Assembly: GCF_023055435.1 (NCBI RefSeq)
Contig: NW_025964112.1
Coordinates: 5,084,001-5,148,000, forward strand
Source of the DNA: Haliotis rufescens
Lineage: Eukaryota
Direction of reading: 5' to 3'
DNA length: 64,000 bases
Made by a program: the position numbers and the translations under genes. The notes under the pieces were generated by a model. That model was given only the letters and a program-made list of their open reading frames with translations, ran no database searches and was not told where the DNA came from. This document shows, piece after piece, positions 25,952-38,397 of this stretch (position 1 is the stretch's first letter; the number at the start of each line of letters is the position of its first letter).

Positions 25952-27819
25952 GGTGTATATCATGAGAAAATGACAGCGATAGAGGGTTGTCACCACTATT
26001 TCATTCGTGACCAATTTGTGCCATTGCAGGACAATCTGAATGGAGACTTGTGCCCCTCTCAAAGGCTTCCCTATTGGGGTATGTACACAAGAACTACTTC
26101 AAACAAGAACAATGACTTTAATTCTACCTGCCTACTACAGTAAAATTAATATAGGCGTTATAGAAGCACTGTTGTAAAAGTACTGACCTGTTTGGTTTAA
26201 ATATATTCTTTTGTACAAATGTATATTTGGCAAACCATTCAACTCATTCATTCTCAGATGTTCATCTTTAATTTGAAAAATAATAATATTTAAAAAAGAT
26301 ATAAAAATTAGATGAAGAAAACTGACAGACAAGGGTGGTTTTCGGTATTAAGTAAGTTCAACAATGAGTTTCTCAGACATATTCAGTTAAAAATGGCAAT
26401 TTTGACCTTGTCTTTTCAATGCTTGAAACAAAGTTTCTCAAACGTATTTCTAAACATATACACACTGTACCAACAACATAGTGAGACCATTTTAATATTC
26501 CAACGTCGTGGGGATTCCCAAGAAGCCTATGCTTGTTGTCAGAGGTGACTTAAATTGACAGGGTGGTCGGCAGCTTGGTCGATTGCATACCATCATAAAT
26601 CAACCTCATGGATTGTTGCTTACAATATCAATAACTTGTTTGCCTGGTCAAGTCTCGATTATGTACGACCAGCCATTAAACAACAAATATGTCTTACGTC
26701 TTATTATTCAAAGATCATTTAAATTTAAGGTGATGACTATGCTTGTCTTAAGAAAATTTTGAAAATTAGTCTGAATTCCTGATGAAAGTTTCAAAACCAG
26801 AATTATTTCTTGGGTTAGAAGAAGACTTTGGCAGTGTGGCATAGCACAGTGGTATGTGTGTAGGGAGAACCAGATTATCACCAAAATATAATAATAGAAA
26901 TTAAATCCATTTTAAATATATTACCACTGCCCTAATTTTGATAATCATAATCCATCCACACAAATCCTCCCTCTAATATTCTTACAAAACATGATTGTTA
27001 AAGCACTATTTATGCAAGTGAATTGTCTCCATATAAATGTCAGTGCTAGCTGATATACACTGAATTCATACCCCAGAGCAACGTCTTACAAAGTCAAATT
27101 TATAGATAGTTTGCTTTAAATAAAAGCTATCATTTGATACACGTCTAAACTCAGCTAAGCTGACATAGACTTTAATAGTTTACTTTTGACATGAACCTTG
27201 AAAAATATGAATGAACTGAGCAATTTTACAAATATTTCAGTACAAAATATTTATATTATATTTATCAATATGAAAATAACTTATGCTTTTTATGTGATTT
27301 CATTCAGATCTCTTGTAATCAAATTACAAAATATCACAAATGGACTAACCTGTCCTTAACACAATATCCCATGAGAGTTTAAAAGGTACATGAATAATTT
27401 GTTTCATAATCAGTGACTGGTTAATTACTTTTATACATTCCTTTCAACTCTTGCAAAATTATACAAAGGGATATTATACTAAATGTCATTTTGGAAAGCC
27501 AGGACCAGATATTGCAAAAAGGTATGAAAAATTGTCACATGGTAAGAGTCAGGCAGCTACCATATTAAACGGCCTGCTCCAACAAGTGCCCCCTGACCAA
27601 CCTAAAGATCTACCTGTAGTTAGGCTTTATAAGCAAACTCACTGACATATAAAAATTACAGGACAATCCAAATTTTCTTGTGAATATTACAGATTTTTAA
27701 AATAAAAACAGCGGAAGAGGCATATAAGTGGTATCTAAACAAGTTTTAGTTTCACTGACATATTGATGCTTGATCTCTGAAAACAAATTAATTTATTGTG
27801 TGTGGACTTAAAATGCAAT

Positions 27820-28246
27820 CTAAATAAAGATTTAAAGACATCACATTAGGGGTCACGTCAGAACGACCTTTCATCCGACCAATCAGAGCCAGATCATGAA
27901 AGTGACAGTCAGAATGTGATTTCTTATCATGCAACCTTGAAACCTTTAACACGGGGTATTCCAAATGATAGTTACAGGCTTAACGAATGAATCCATACAA
28001 TCGAGACCATCTATTAGCTATTCAGGAATGTTCTTTTGTTCAGGTTTCTAATTTTTAATCAAGAATTTGTCACAATAAGTTTCGAAGCGTAGTCGCCAAT
28101 TTGAAATTAGTGCCATAAAGCACAAGAAAGCTGCCTTCGGATTGGCTAATGTCGACTTCTTGTCAGTCATTCCATTGGTCGGTCAATGTTAGCGCAAGGT
28201 CGGTCTGACGTGACCCATAATGGGGTGTTCTCAGATCTTTGTTTAG
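27820..28246. mobile_element. MITE with imperfect TIRs of about 50 bp, superfamily unassigned
   Basis: ctaaataaagatttaaagacatcacattaggggtcacgtcagaacgacct is the inverted match of aggtcggtctgacgtgacccataatggggtgttctcagatctttgtttag. Confidence 0.75.
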
Positions 28247-29449
28247 CGGTAGCGATAACTAAGATCTGATCTGATTAAAATGCATCCCCTTTGTCAATAA
28301 TATTTGTCAAGTGCATGTGGCATTTATTACAGAGAATACTGTATTTCAATCTCTGGCAGCAAAAATTTAACTTTGCCACAAACAGACAATAGTGTAATAA
28401 TTACTATTTTTGCAGGTTGATGTGCAGATCCAGTTCATGTTCCTGCAAATCATCTAAACGTAGTCTCAATTGTCTCTTAGTGTTACAGCGTATTGTAATC
28501 CCATTCCAGGAGTCATAAACTGTGCCTAGGCATGGTTAGATCTGTCAGGAGATCCTCCATCACAGCGATCGTATCCATGTAACATATACATTGTACTTCA
28601 TCAATGAACCATGAGTGTCTAAATGTGTAGGCCGACACCTGACCGGGGTCAACCCGTGGTGGGTCTCCGGTGCACTCGTCTGTTTGATGTTATGCCATGA
28701 TTATCTGTGGTATATATTTCTTTACCTACAACCAGATATCTGGAGTGGGAGGGTACACACCACACCTTGTTTGGGGTTGGTTTGTCGTAAAACATGGCCA
28801 TACAATGGTGTTGATAAAATCATCCTTCTCTTTTGAAAAACAATTGTTTTCTAATTGGTTTCTTGTCATTTCTTTGGCAAACAACTAGATAACAAATCTT
28901 TTATTTAATTTTCTGTTATCTAGATGTCTTTTAGCCATTTATTGGGGTCTTAACTAAAAGTGACAACATGAAAACTGCCACTATAAAGAAAGTTAGAAAA
29001 CAGTTTAAGTAATGACGTTCATTACATTATTTACTAATTGTAAATGATTGCTTTATTTTCACCTCAAAAAGACAACTAAAAACAATGTAAATGGTGAAAT
29101 TTACAGCATAGTTTTCTGGTCATCAATCCAATTTCCATATATAGCTTGTCGACTCAGTTAGACGGACAGGATCCCAGTCAACATGTCACCAACACACAAA
29201 CTGCTTTTTTGACAGTTCCGTGACACATTGGTTATTTACTTTTGTTAAGAAATAGCTATTAACAATTTGATTATAGAGTCTATTATTCTAAATCAATTGT
29301 TGTTCCTTGTTTTTTTTAATTTTAAATAATAATATTAACTAGGAAATGTTGTTGTCAATATGTAATACATATTTAGGATCAACAATGTATGTGAACACAG
29401 ATGTTCTGAAATCAATTTTAGCTGATGACAAATAAACAATAAAAAATGA

Positions 29450-29994
29450 CAGATCCAGTTATGATTCACATGATGGTGTTTAAAGAATGAACCTTGTAGA
29501 TAGAAAATATCAGATCCAGTTATGATTCACATGATGGTGTTTAAAGAATGAACCTTGAAGATAGACAATATCAGATCCAGTTGTGATTCACATGATGGTG
29601 TTTAAAGAATGAACCTTGTAGATAGACAATATCAGATCCAGTTATGATTCACATGATGGTGTTTAAAGAATGAACCTAGTGTAGATAGACAATATCAGAT
29701 CCAGTTATGATTCACATGATGGTGTTTAAAGAATGAACCTTGTAGAGAAACACTATCAGATCCAGTTATGATTCACATGATGGTGTTTAAATAATGAACC
29801 CTGTAGATAAACAATATCAGATCCAGTTATAATTCACATGATGGTGTTTAAAGAATGAACCTTGTAGATAAACAATATCAGATCCAGTTATGATTCACAT
29901 GATGGTGTTTAAAGAATGAACCTTGTAGATAGACAATATCAGATCCAGTTATGGTTCACATGATGGTGTTTAAAGAATGAACCTTGTAGATAGA
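29450..29994. repeat. 61-bp minisatellite, about 9 copies
   Basis: Unit atcagatccagttatgattcacatgatggtgtttaaagaatgaaccttgtagatagacaat. Confidence 0.97.
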
Positions 29995-30029
29995 TGGATT
30001 GAAGTACGCGTTCCCAGCTTGTGTTATCC

Positions 30030-30567
30030 AAATGAGGTATTATGTTTCTGGTGAGGTGAAATGGGCTATAATGTTTCAGGTGAGGTGAAATGAGGTATAA
30101 TGTTTCAGGTGAGGTGAAATGAGGTATAATGTTTCAGGTGAGGTGAAATGAGGTATAATGTTTCAGGTGAGGTGAAATGGGGTATTATGTTTCAGGTGAG
30201 GTGAAATGAGGTATAATGTTTCAGGTGAGGTGAAATGGGGTATTATGTTTCAGGTGAGGTGAAATGAGGTATAATGTTTCAGGTGAGGTGAAATGAGGTA
30301 TAATGTTTCAGGTGAGGTGAAATGGGGTATAGTGTTTCAGGTGAGGTGAAATGAGGTATAATGTTTCAGGTGTGGTGAAATGGGGTATAGTGTTTCAGGT
30401 GAGGTGAAATGAGGTATAATGTTTCAGGTTAGATGAAATGAGGTATAATGTTTCAGGTGAGGTGAAATGGGGTATAATGTTTCAGGTGAGGTGAAATGAG
30501 GTATAATGTTTCAGGTGAGATGAAATGAGGTATAATGTTTCAGGTGAGGTGCAATGGGGTATTATGT
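30030..30567. repeat. 29-bp minisatellite, about 18 copies, derived from the SINE-A 3' tail
   Basis: Unit gaaatgaggtataatgtttcaggtgaggt versus the tail ggtgaggtgaaattgggtttaacgtcgcg. Confidence 0.93.
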
Positions 30568-30855
30568 CGCGTTCAAGATTACTACACTTCTATAGCAACA
30601 TGTATGCATGTGTGTGTGTGTGGCTGCTTGTTGACCAAATTAATACCAGTTTTATAGTGCTAGCCCACTGAGACACCTTACCACAGTTTAACATGAATAC
30701 CCCATTGGCAGACACAGTACACAATAATGTCGAGCGCCAGGCAGGATAACAAGAAGAACCATCTTTTAACGTCTTTTGGTATGACGCAGCCGGGGATCGA
30801 ACCCCCGACCTTCCTCTCTCCGGACAGAGGTTCTACAACTAGACCACGGAGGCAG
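30543..30855 (-). mobile_element. SINE-A
   Basis: B box GGTTCGATCCC on minus strand; cgtcataccaaaagacgttaaaagatgg motif. Confidence 0.9.
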
Positions 30856-31789
30856 TCTATAAAGTTTCCTAAAGGAAGATATTGAAGAGACTCCATCCTT
30901 GATGAGTGCAAGTCTTTTGTGCCTGATATATTCCATATTGATATTATGGCACACACAAACTGACTTTCAGGAAGTTATTCATGTTTCCAACCAAGCCATT
31001 GCTTATTTTGTTCAAATACTTTAACATTCTTACATAACAGTATGGGTTTTTTTTCTCCCCAAAAGGCGACCCTTTTTAAATTTTATGTTTCACAGATTTT
31101 TTCCAGCTTTTCAACACATGGTTGGTTGAAATAAAAATAAAAATCTCAATCATTTATTTATTTATTCATTTATTCATTTATTCATTAAATTTTATTCATT
31201 TATTTATTTATTTGAAGTCATTCTGAAGCTAGCTTCTTGTATCACTGATAATGATGTAGACATGAAACTTATGTATAACATTTCATATTGTATAAGAGGG
31301 TCTATATTACTAGTGGGAGACATAATAAAAATAATTTTTTTCATGTTTTAATTTATTTCTTTTCAACTGCTTTTCAGTAGGGGCGACAGACCTATTAAAC
31401 AAAAATAAAAAATGTGTGAGACAACAAATGAGACAACTATTTGTTTTTGATCCACAGTACACAAAGAAAACAATACCTTCATGTGGAAATACATAACAAT
31501 TACACAACAATTAACCACAAAATGGTAGCAAACTTTCCCAGTTTTCCCGGGTCTGGTAACAGGCTGCTTGTTTGACAATAAAGGTAAACACCATTGGCAT
31601 ACAGTGACCCAATAAGCCCAAAGGAATTATTAGATTTCATATAAAAAAATCAATGTAAGGCAGTTATTTTTTATATATTAAAAAATATTAATAATAGAAA
31701 TATTCAATGCTTCTGTGCACATTAGCTTTCAATAGATGTAATTCAATGGTAGAACGGAAAAGGAAGGGAAATGGCGTTTACATTGTGTT

Positions 31790-31985
31790 CAAGATTATTG
31801 CACTTACTGAGCGACGTGCAAGCACTGGTCCCCTCAGATACCATACCTACACCCCACTGAGTCACATTACACTGACTCTAAGCCAACTGGTCCTTCTTTT
31901 ATCCCCTTAAAGCCAAGCACCAAGCAGGGTAACACCAAGTACCATCTTCTAACATCTTTTGGTCCCAACCTTGTGCTCTCCAGAC
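31790..31985 (-). mobile_element. Decayed SINE-A
   Basis: caagattattgcactta...actgactc...cagggtaacaccaagtaccatctt. Confidence 0.7.
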
Positions 31986-32193
31986 ATATGTTCAGTCCAC
32001 TTGACTGTGAGATGGTCTATCCACTCCACCACAGTGGCCGCCCATCAAGCAAGGATGAGCTGGGCTGATGGTTGGTCAGGCGGGCAGCGATGATATCAAA
32101 CAATGAATATATTACACCTTTAATTAATCTGCCAATTTTGTCCAATGGGTCCACTTTTTAGTTGCCCCTGACACACACTTCCAGTACTCATGA

Positions 32194-32350
32194 CATAGGT
32201 GGATCGAGAAGCAAGGGCCAGGAGGTCCCCTCCCCCCTTTTGAAAACTAAATGTAGCACCGGTATGTTGTAGGCACTAAAATTAATGGAGAGAGGACTTT
32301 GACATTTAGGACCCCCCCCCCCCCTTTTAAATATGCTGGATCTGCCCTTG
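32194..32350. mobile_element. Short hAT-like MITE
   Basis: Degenerate TIRs cataggtggatc and ggatctgcccttg with internal C-runs. Confidence 0.5.
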
Positions 32351-32443
32351 GATGACCCATTCTGCTCTGGGTGAATGCTCATATAAAGACTGTTGACTCA
32401 GGACACTGAAGCCTCAGTTTTGATTCCCTTCATGGGATGTACT

Positions 32444-34242
32444 CTGGTGGATACAGCATCTGCCCAGAGAGGATGGTTGGTGGTCAGGTGGATACAGCGT
32501 CTGCCCAGAGAGGAAGGCTGGTGGTCTGGTGGATACAGCGTCTGCCCAGAGAGGAAGGTTGGTGGTCTGGTGGGCACAGGGTCTGCCCAGAGAGGAAGGT
32601 TGGTGATTTGGTGGGCACAGCGTCTGCCCAGAGAGGAAGGTTGGTGGTCTGGTGGATAAAGCGTCTGCCCAGAGAGGAAGGTTGGTGGTTTGGTGGGCAC
32701 AGGGTCTGCCCAGAGAGGAAGTTTGGTGGTCTTGTGGATACAGCATCTGCCCAGAGAGGAAGGCTGGTGGTCTGGTGGGCACAGCGTCTGCCCAGAGAGG
32801 AAGATTGGTGGTCTGGTGGATACAGCGTCTGTCCAGAGAGGAAGATTGGTGGTCTGGTGGATACAGCGTCTGCCCAGAGAGGAAGAATTGGTGGTCTGGT
32901 GGATACAGCGTCTGCCCAGAGAGGAATTTTGATGGTCTGGTGGATACAGCATCTGCCCAGAGAGGAAGGTTGGTGGTCTGGTGGATACAGCGTCTGCCCA
33001 GAGAGGAAGGTTGGTAGTCTGGTGGATACAGCATCTGCCCAGAGAAGAAGTTTGGTGGTCTGGTGGATACAGCGTCTGCCCAGAGAGGAAGGCTGGTGGT
33101 CTGGTGGATACATCGTCTGCCCAGAGAGGAAGATTGGTGGTCTGGTGGGCACAGGGTCTGCCCAGAGAGGAAGGTTGGTGATTTGGTGGGCACAGCGTCT
33201 GCCCAGAGAGGAAGGTTGGTGGTCTGGTGGATAAAGCGTCTGCCCAGAGAGGAAGGTTGGTGGTTTGGTGGGCACAGGGTCTGCCCAGAGAGGAAGTTTG
33301 GTGGTCTTGTGGATACAGCGTCTGCCCAGAGAGGAAGGCTGGTGGTCTGGTGGGCACAGCGTCTGTCCAGAGAGGAAGATTGGTGGTCTGGTGGATACAG
33401 CGTCTGTCCAGAGAGGAAGATTGGTGGTCTGGTGGATACAGCGTCTGCCCAGAGAGGAAGAATTGGTGGTCTGGTGGATACAGCGTCTGCCCAGAGAGGA
33501 ATTTTGATGGTCTGGTGGATACAGCATCTGCCCAGAGAGGAAGTTTGGTGGTCTGCTGGACATAGTGTCTGCCCGGAGCGGAAGGTTGGTGGTCTGGTGG
33601 ATACAGCGTCTGCCCAGAGAGGAAGGTTGGTGGTCTGTTGGATACAGCGTCTGCCCGGAGAGGAAGGTTGGTGGTTTGGTGGGCACAGGGTCTGCCCAGA
33701 GAGGAAAGTCGGTGGTCTGGTGGATACAGCATCTGCCCAGAGAGGAAGTTTGGTGGTCTGGTGGATACAGTGTCTCCCCAGAGAGGAAGGTTGGTAGTCT
33801 GGTAGATACAGCGTCTGCCCAGAGAGGAAGTTTGGTGGTCTGGTGGACATAGTGTCTGCCCAGAGCAGAAGGTTGGTGGTCTGGTGGATACAGCATCTGC
33901 CCAGAGAGGAAGTTTGGTGGTCTGCTGGACATAGTGTCTGCCCGGAGAGGAAAGTCGGTGGTCTGGTGGGCACAGCGTCTGCCCAGAGAGGAAGGTTGGT
34001 GGTCTGGTGGATACAGCATCTGCCCAGAGAGGAAGTTTGGTAGTCTGGTGGATACAGCGTCTGCCCAGAGAGGTAGGTTGGTAGTCTGGTGGATACAGCG
34101 TCTGCCCAGAGAGGAAGGTTGGTGGTTTGGTGGATACAGCGTCTGCCCAGAGAAGAAGGTTGGTGGTTTGGTGGAAAAAGCATCTGCCCAGAGAGGAAAG
34201 TCGGTGGTCGGGAGAACACAGCATCTGCCCAGAGAGGAAGGT
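32444..34242 (+). repeat. 41-bp minisatellite, about 44 copies, derived from the SINE-A tRNA-like head
   Basis: Unit ggtggtctggtggatacagcgtctgcccagagaggaaggtt versus head gtggtcttgtggtggagcatccgcccggagagcggaaggt; 575-bp higher-order duplication (32652 and 33227). Confidence 0.97.
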
Positions 34243-34480
34243 CAGTGGTTTGATCCTCTGGCCATGTCATTCCGATGTTAAAAGATGGTACTTGTTACTC
34301 GGGGATATAACAAAGACTGGCCAACTTGGAGTCAGTACACTGTGTGAGTTGGGTATCCATGTTAAACTGTGGTATGGTATCTCAGTGGGCTGGCACTATA
34401 GGCCAGACTTGAACAATCAGCCACACACATGCCCATGCTTGCTGTATAAGTGAAGTATCCATGAAGATGACTTTAAACCT
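34203..34480 (+). mobile_element. SINE-A body continuing from the 41-bp array
   Basis: ggaaggtcagtggtttgatcc...gttaaaagatggtacttgtt...gttaaactgtggtatggtatctcagtgggctggcactata. Confidence 0.85.
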
Positions 34481-34706
34481 GAGTGGGGTTTCCATATCAC
34501 CTCATCCATCACAGACACAGATCACAATTGTGTTCAGATCAACAACACAAGATAACATGTGAACAGCCAGGGACAAATGTGGAACTATCTTAACCATCAG
34601 GGACCATCGGGGTCATGTGTGCAGGATTCCAGGTTAAAACATACGTCCCTCTTGCTTGTGGCTGGTCAGACTCAGTGACTTGATTAGTTGCGTGTCATCG
34701 TAACCT

Positions 34707-34972
34707 TGTTTCTTGTTTAATGCCTCAATCAGCAATATTCCAACTCTATGACAGCGATCTGTAAATACTCCGAGTCTGGACCAGACAATCAATCCAGTGA
34801 TTCATATCATGAGCATTGATCCACACAATTGAGATATGATGACATGCATCAACCAAGTCAGCAAGCCTGACCACCCGATCCTGTTAGTCGCCTCTTACGA
34901 CAAGCATAGTCATCTTTTATGACAAGCATGGGTTGCTGAAGACCTATTCTACCCCGGATCTTCACGGTGGTC
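34707..34972 (-). mobile_element. SINE-B
   Basis: Full body match, ends ...ccccggatcttcacgg. Confidence 0.9.
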
Positions 34973-35167
34973 ATTGTACCTAGACATCATAATATCGAGT
35001 GTAGCATTATACTAACGAACAAAACAAGTTTAGAACAACTGCAAGTGAATTAATTATCCGCTGATCACCGTGAGCATGTGATGACACTGGTGTATCTCAC
35101 TGTATATAACAAGCCAAATGCTTGCACTACTTGTCAGACAAGATGTCACTTGGTCTGCATGATGAGC

Positions 35168-35426
35168 GGGGGCATGGGTGGCCCAGTCGTCTAAGGCGCC
35201 GCGATTTGCTGTTCTGAGTTTTGTCCCTTAGACACGCCAGAAACCTAGGATTGTGGGTTCTAATCCCTGTTCACCCCGATTATGTTTCTAGGTTTGTCAG
35301 CACCGAAGTGGTAAACATCTCAGACCTGGATCACTTCGGGCTTTCCTCCCACATTAAGCTGACATGCCGTGATATGACTGGAATAATGTTAAAAGCGGCG
35401 TTAAACGCAACTAACTCACTCACTCA
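35168..35426 (+). mobile_element. SINE-D, full length
   Basis: 13-bp TSD ctgcatgatgagc; A box tggcccagtcg, B box ggttctaatcc. Confidence 0.9.
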
Positions 35427-35529
35427 CTGCATGATGAGCAATATCAATACAGCTGTACACTGCTGGACCAACCTCACCAGGTGTAAAAGTGGCCCTTGTC
35501 ACTGTTGATTGCAGTGTATCAGTACATCC

Positions 35530-35570
35530 GTGAGTGAGTGAGTGAGTGAGTGAGTGAGTGAGTGAGTGAG
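35530..35570. repeat. (GAGT)n microsatellite
   Basis: About 10 perfect units. Confidence 0.95.
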
Positions 35571-36480
35571 CAAGCGAGCTAGCAAGAGAGTTAAAATTCA
35601 ACATCTCCTCGGCAATATTGCAGCCATATTGCAATGATTCCGTACTTTATGATGATTAATACTTGGAATAGTTTGTTGCAGCATGACAACATTTGGGAAG
35701 AAACAACTTGTGGATTTTCACTTGATCTTGCTGACTTTCACTTTCAACTAGTGACTGGGTCTTACTCTGAATACACTGTGGCCATGCGTACAGTGATAGA
35801 GCTTCACCAGACTTGCACCATGGAAGTAGCTGAGCTGTGCTGATCTACCCCTGAATACACTGTGATCATAGATACATTGCTCTTGTTACATTTGAAAAAG
35901 CTGTAACCCAGATAAACCCAAATTTGCTCATGTTTCAGTTTGATAATATGACAATAAAGATGAAACCGACCTGCAACCTCTGTGTAGTCCCACACTCTAC
36001 TGGCATATCCTCACATTCAGCTGCAGCACACACATGTCAAGTCGGGATGTATATCAATATACTTTACACTCTACAATCAATTTATATCGCGCTACACACC
36101 ACACAGCATATGATATCAGAGCTAGAACTGTGTGTTCATCATCCATGCTTACATTATGTAAATTCCCATCCTGATTGCATGCATGGTTGTTCCTTAATGG
36201 TTAAACTGCCAATAACTATGCACTTGGTGCTTGTAAAAGTAGAATTATGTGTGCGTGACAAATGAATTATTGTGAGCTGTAATTGTCATGATGGAATATA
36301 GAGTGATGAATCCCCACATGCAGGGTTATACACATCCATGTTACACAATGAATGTTATTTCGACTCAGCCATAGTCAAGAACAATTCCTTTGCCTCTGAA
36401 ATTAATAAGTGGGGGCCACTTTTGGTTGTACAGGGTTTTTTCCAAACTAAGTGTCAATTAAATGCATCAAGTCTTTGAAA

Positions 36481-36543
36481 GGTTAGGTGAAATTGGGTTT
36501 AACGTCGCGTCCAAGATTATTGCACTATTAGAGCGATGTGCAT

Positions 36544-36593
<50 letters not shown>

Positions 36594-36766
36594 CTCAGAC
36601 ACAGTATACGGACTCCAAGCCGACCAGTCCTTGTTTTAGCCCTGTTAATGCCTAGCGCTAGACAGGGTAACAACAAGTACCATCTTTTGGTATGACGCGG
36701 CCAGGGATTGAACCCCGGACCTTCTTCTCTCCTGGCAGACGCTCTACCACTGGACCACAGTGGCGG
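36481..36766 (-). mobile_element. SINE-A with expanded (CA)n tract and internal deletion
   Basis: Head, Meta-like motif and tail match 61306. Confidence 0.9.
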
Positions 36767-36807
36767 TGGTTCTTTGAAAGGCATTTAGAAGTGATACACA
36801 TAAGGAA

Positions 36808-36971
36808 GAGTGAGTGAGTATGGTTTTACGCCGCTTTAAGTAATATTCCAGCAATTTCACGGCGGGGGACACCAGAAATGGGCTTCACGCATTGTTCCCA
36901 TGTCGGGAATCGAACCAGGGTCTTCGGCGTGACGAGCGAACGCTGTAACCACTAGGCTACCCGACCGCCCC
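36808..36971 (-). mobile_element. SINE-C, full length
   Basis: A and B boxes; GTC in the anticodon-like loop (ttcgctcGTCacgccgaa). Confidence 0.9.
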
Positions 36972-37015
36972 ACATAATTGGGATTTATGGATGTCAACTC
37001 CTTTATTATGAGGAA

Positions 37016-37055
37016 CACAACATTTCGGAGTGTATGGTTACTCCTTCATCAGGTG
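37016..37055 (-). ncRNA. Minimal type I hammerhead ribozyme motif (Penelope-like terminal repeat relic)
   Basis: Minus strand CAC-CUGAUGA-A-GGAGU(aaccauac)ACUCC-GAAA-UG-UU-GUG, with AATAAA 8 nt downstream. Confidence 0.7.
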
Positions 37056-37130
37056 AAGGTTGTAAGCATATACTGTAAAATTATACCCTAATTAAATGCT
37101 TGCATATAAAATGAATCATGAATAGTCTAT

Positions 37131-37243
37131 ACTACTCAAAAGAAGTTAAGGACCACCCAATTCTTTCATATTGTTATAGTAAAACTATCATGCCATGACA
37201 GTTCAACAACAGTAATATGAAATAATTGGGTGATCTTTAACTT
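37131..37243. mobile_element. Hairpin Tc1-type MITE (family of 14131), right end truncated
   Basis: aagttaaggaccacccaattctttcatatt and aatatgaaataattgggtgatctttaactt. Confidence 0.7.
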
Positions 37244-37254
37244 AACATCTATTA

Positions 37255-37606
37255 CCGTATTCGACGTAATAAGTGCCCTGCTCTAATAAGCGCCCACGGT
37301 GAGATTTGCTAAGATATTGGCTAGTGAACAATCCCAATTAGTTCCCCTTCCGACCCCTATTCGCATATAATACGCACCGCTTCCTTCCCCTATTCGCATA
37401 TAATACGCCCTCGTGTGATATATACACCCTTTATTATTGGCAATTAAATTCTGGAAACATATATCTGTCGTACATAAACATTTCAGGCTGTCAGCATAAA
37501 CCACAAAATTTATCTTTCAACTCTTTTTCACCAAAATAATATTCAAATAAGAGCCCCCTATTTCTAATTTTGAGAGCGCCCTGGGCACTTATTACGTCGA
37601 ATACGA
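37255..37606. mobile_element. pogo/Tigger-like MITE
   Basis: TIRs ccgtattcgacgtaataagtgccc and gggcacttattacgtcgaatacga, TA flanks. Confidence 0.88.
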
Positions 37607-38174
37607 TAAGTAGGATATTAGAAAGTAGTACACCAAATCAGGAACCTCAGAGTTTGGCCCCAAAAGAACAATTGGCAATTTGTTTTATACATAAATCAAG
37701 CAAAATAATATTTTCTTAAGACTTTGTCTGTTCAAACTATACTTTCGAGGGTCCTTATAAAAATAGAATTGTCAGTTACTTGAGATAGGAAGCCAGTTTC
37801 CTCCAGCGCTAAACACTGTGTCCGATTACTAGTTGAACTTGTGAAATCTATTGATCCTAACTGCATTTATTAAACTGTTGCTGAAGTTTAAGGTGCACAC
37901 TTCCCCAGGCGTTATTTGAGTTGGTGATCAATGTTAGCTGTCACAACACAGGGACACCACTGATTACACACTGAACACCCTGGCGGGGCATGCTGGTCTT
38001 ACAGCACAACACTGCCGAACCACGTCCTGCACTTCATCACATCACAGAGAACTTTATTTATCATAAGGTACTGACTTATCTCAGCTTATCTCGAGTTCTG
38101 ACGGTTCTGATAATATAAGGAAGCATGCATGATCAAAGACAAAACTATGACCTAAGGTGGATTTGAACATCTGC

Positions 38175-38397
38175 CAGTGGTGGTGTCGGTGGAGTTGTGG
38201 GTGTGGTTGTGGGTGTGGGTGTGGGTGGTTCATGGGGAAATAAGCCTACCCCCAAAATCACAAACACGACATGTAAACCATTATTAATATGGTATTATCA
38301 TTAACACCATTAATAAGTTATCATGGTAGGAAATGTGCATACAAAATATCATCAGTTGTTAAAATGTCCAGAACCAAACCCTCTGGATCCGCCACTG
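38175..38397. mobile_element. Probable hAT-like MITE
   Basis: Ends cagtggtgg and ggatccgccactg, flanked by tctgc on both sides. Confidence 0.45.

Noticed and set aside
24691-26790. Other CTGATGA hits (24691, 26779; also 15246, 29422, 49738) as hammerheads
   Set aside because: No stem II followed by GAAA and no stem I complement.
32398-34270. ORFs of 500-618 aa
   Set aside because: Artefact of the 41-bp array; three overlapping frames give permuted repeats.
36808-36971. Functional tRNA-Asp gene (also 3003 and 43860)
   Set aside because: The acceptor stem is not closed, and the head is fused to a SINE body with a microsatellite tail.
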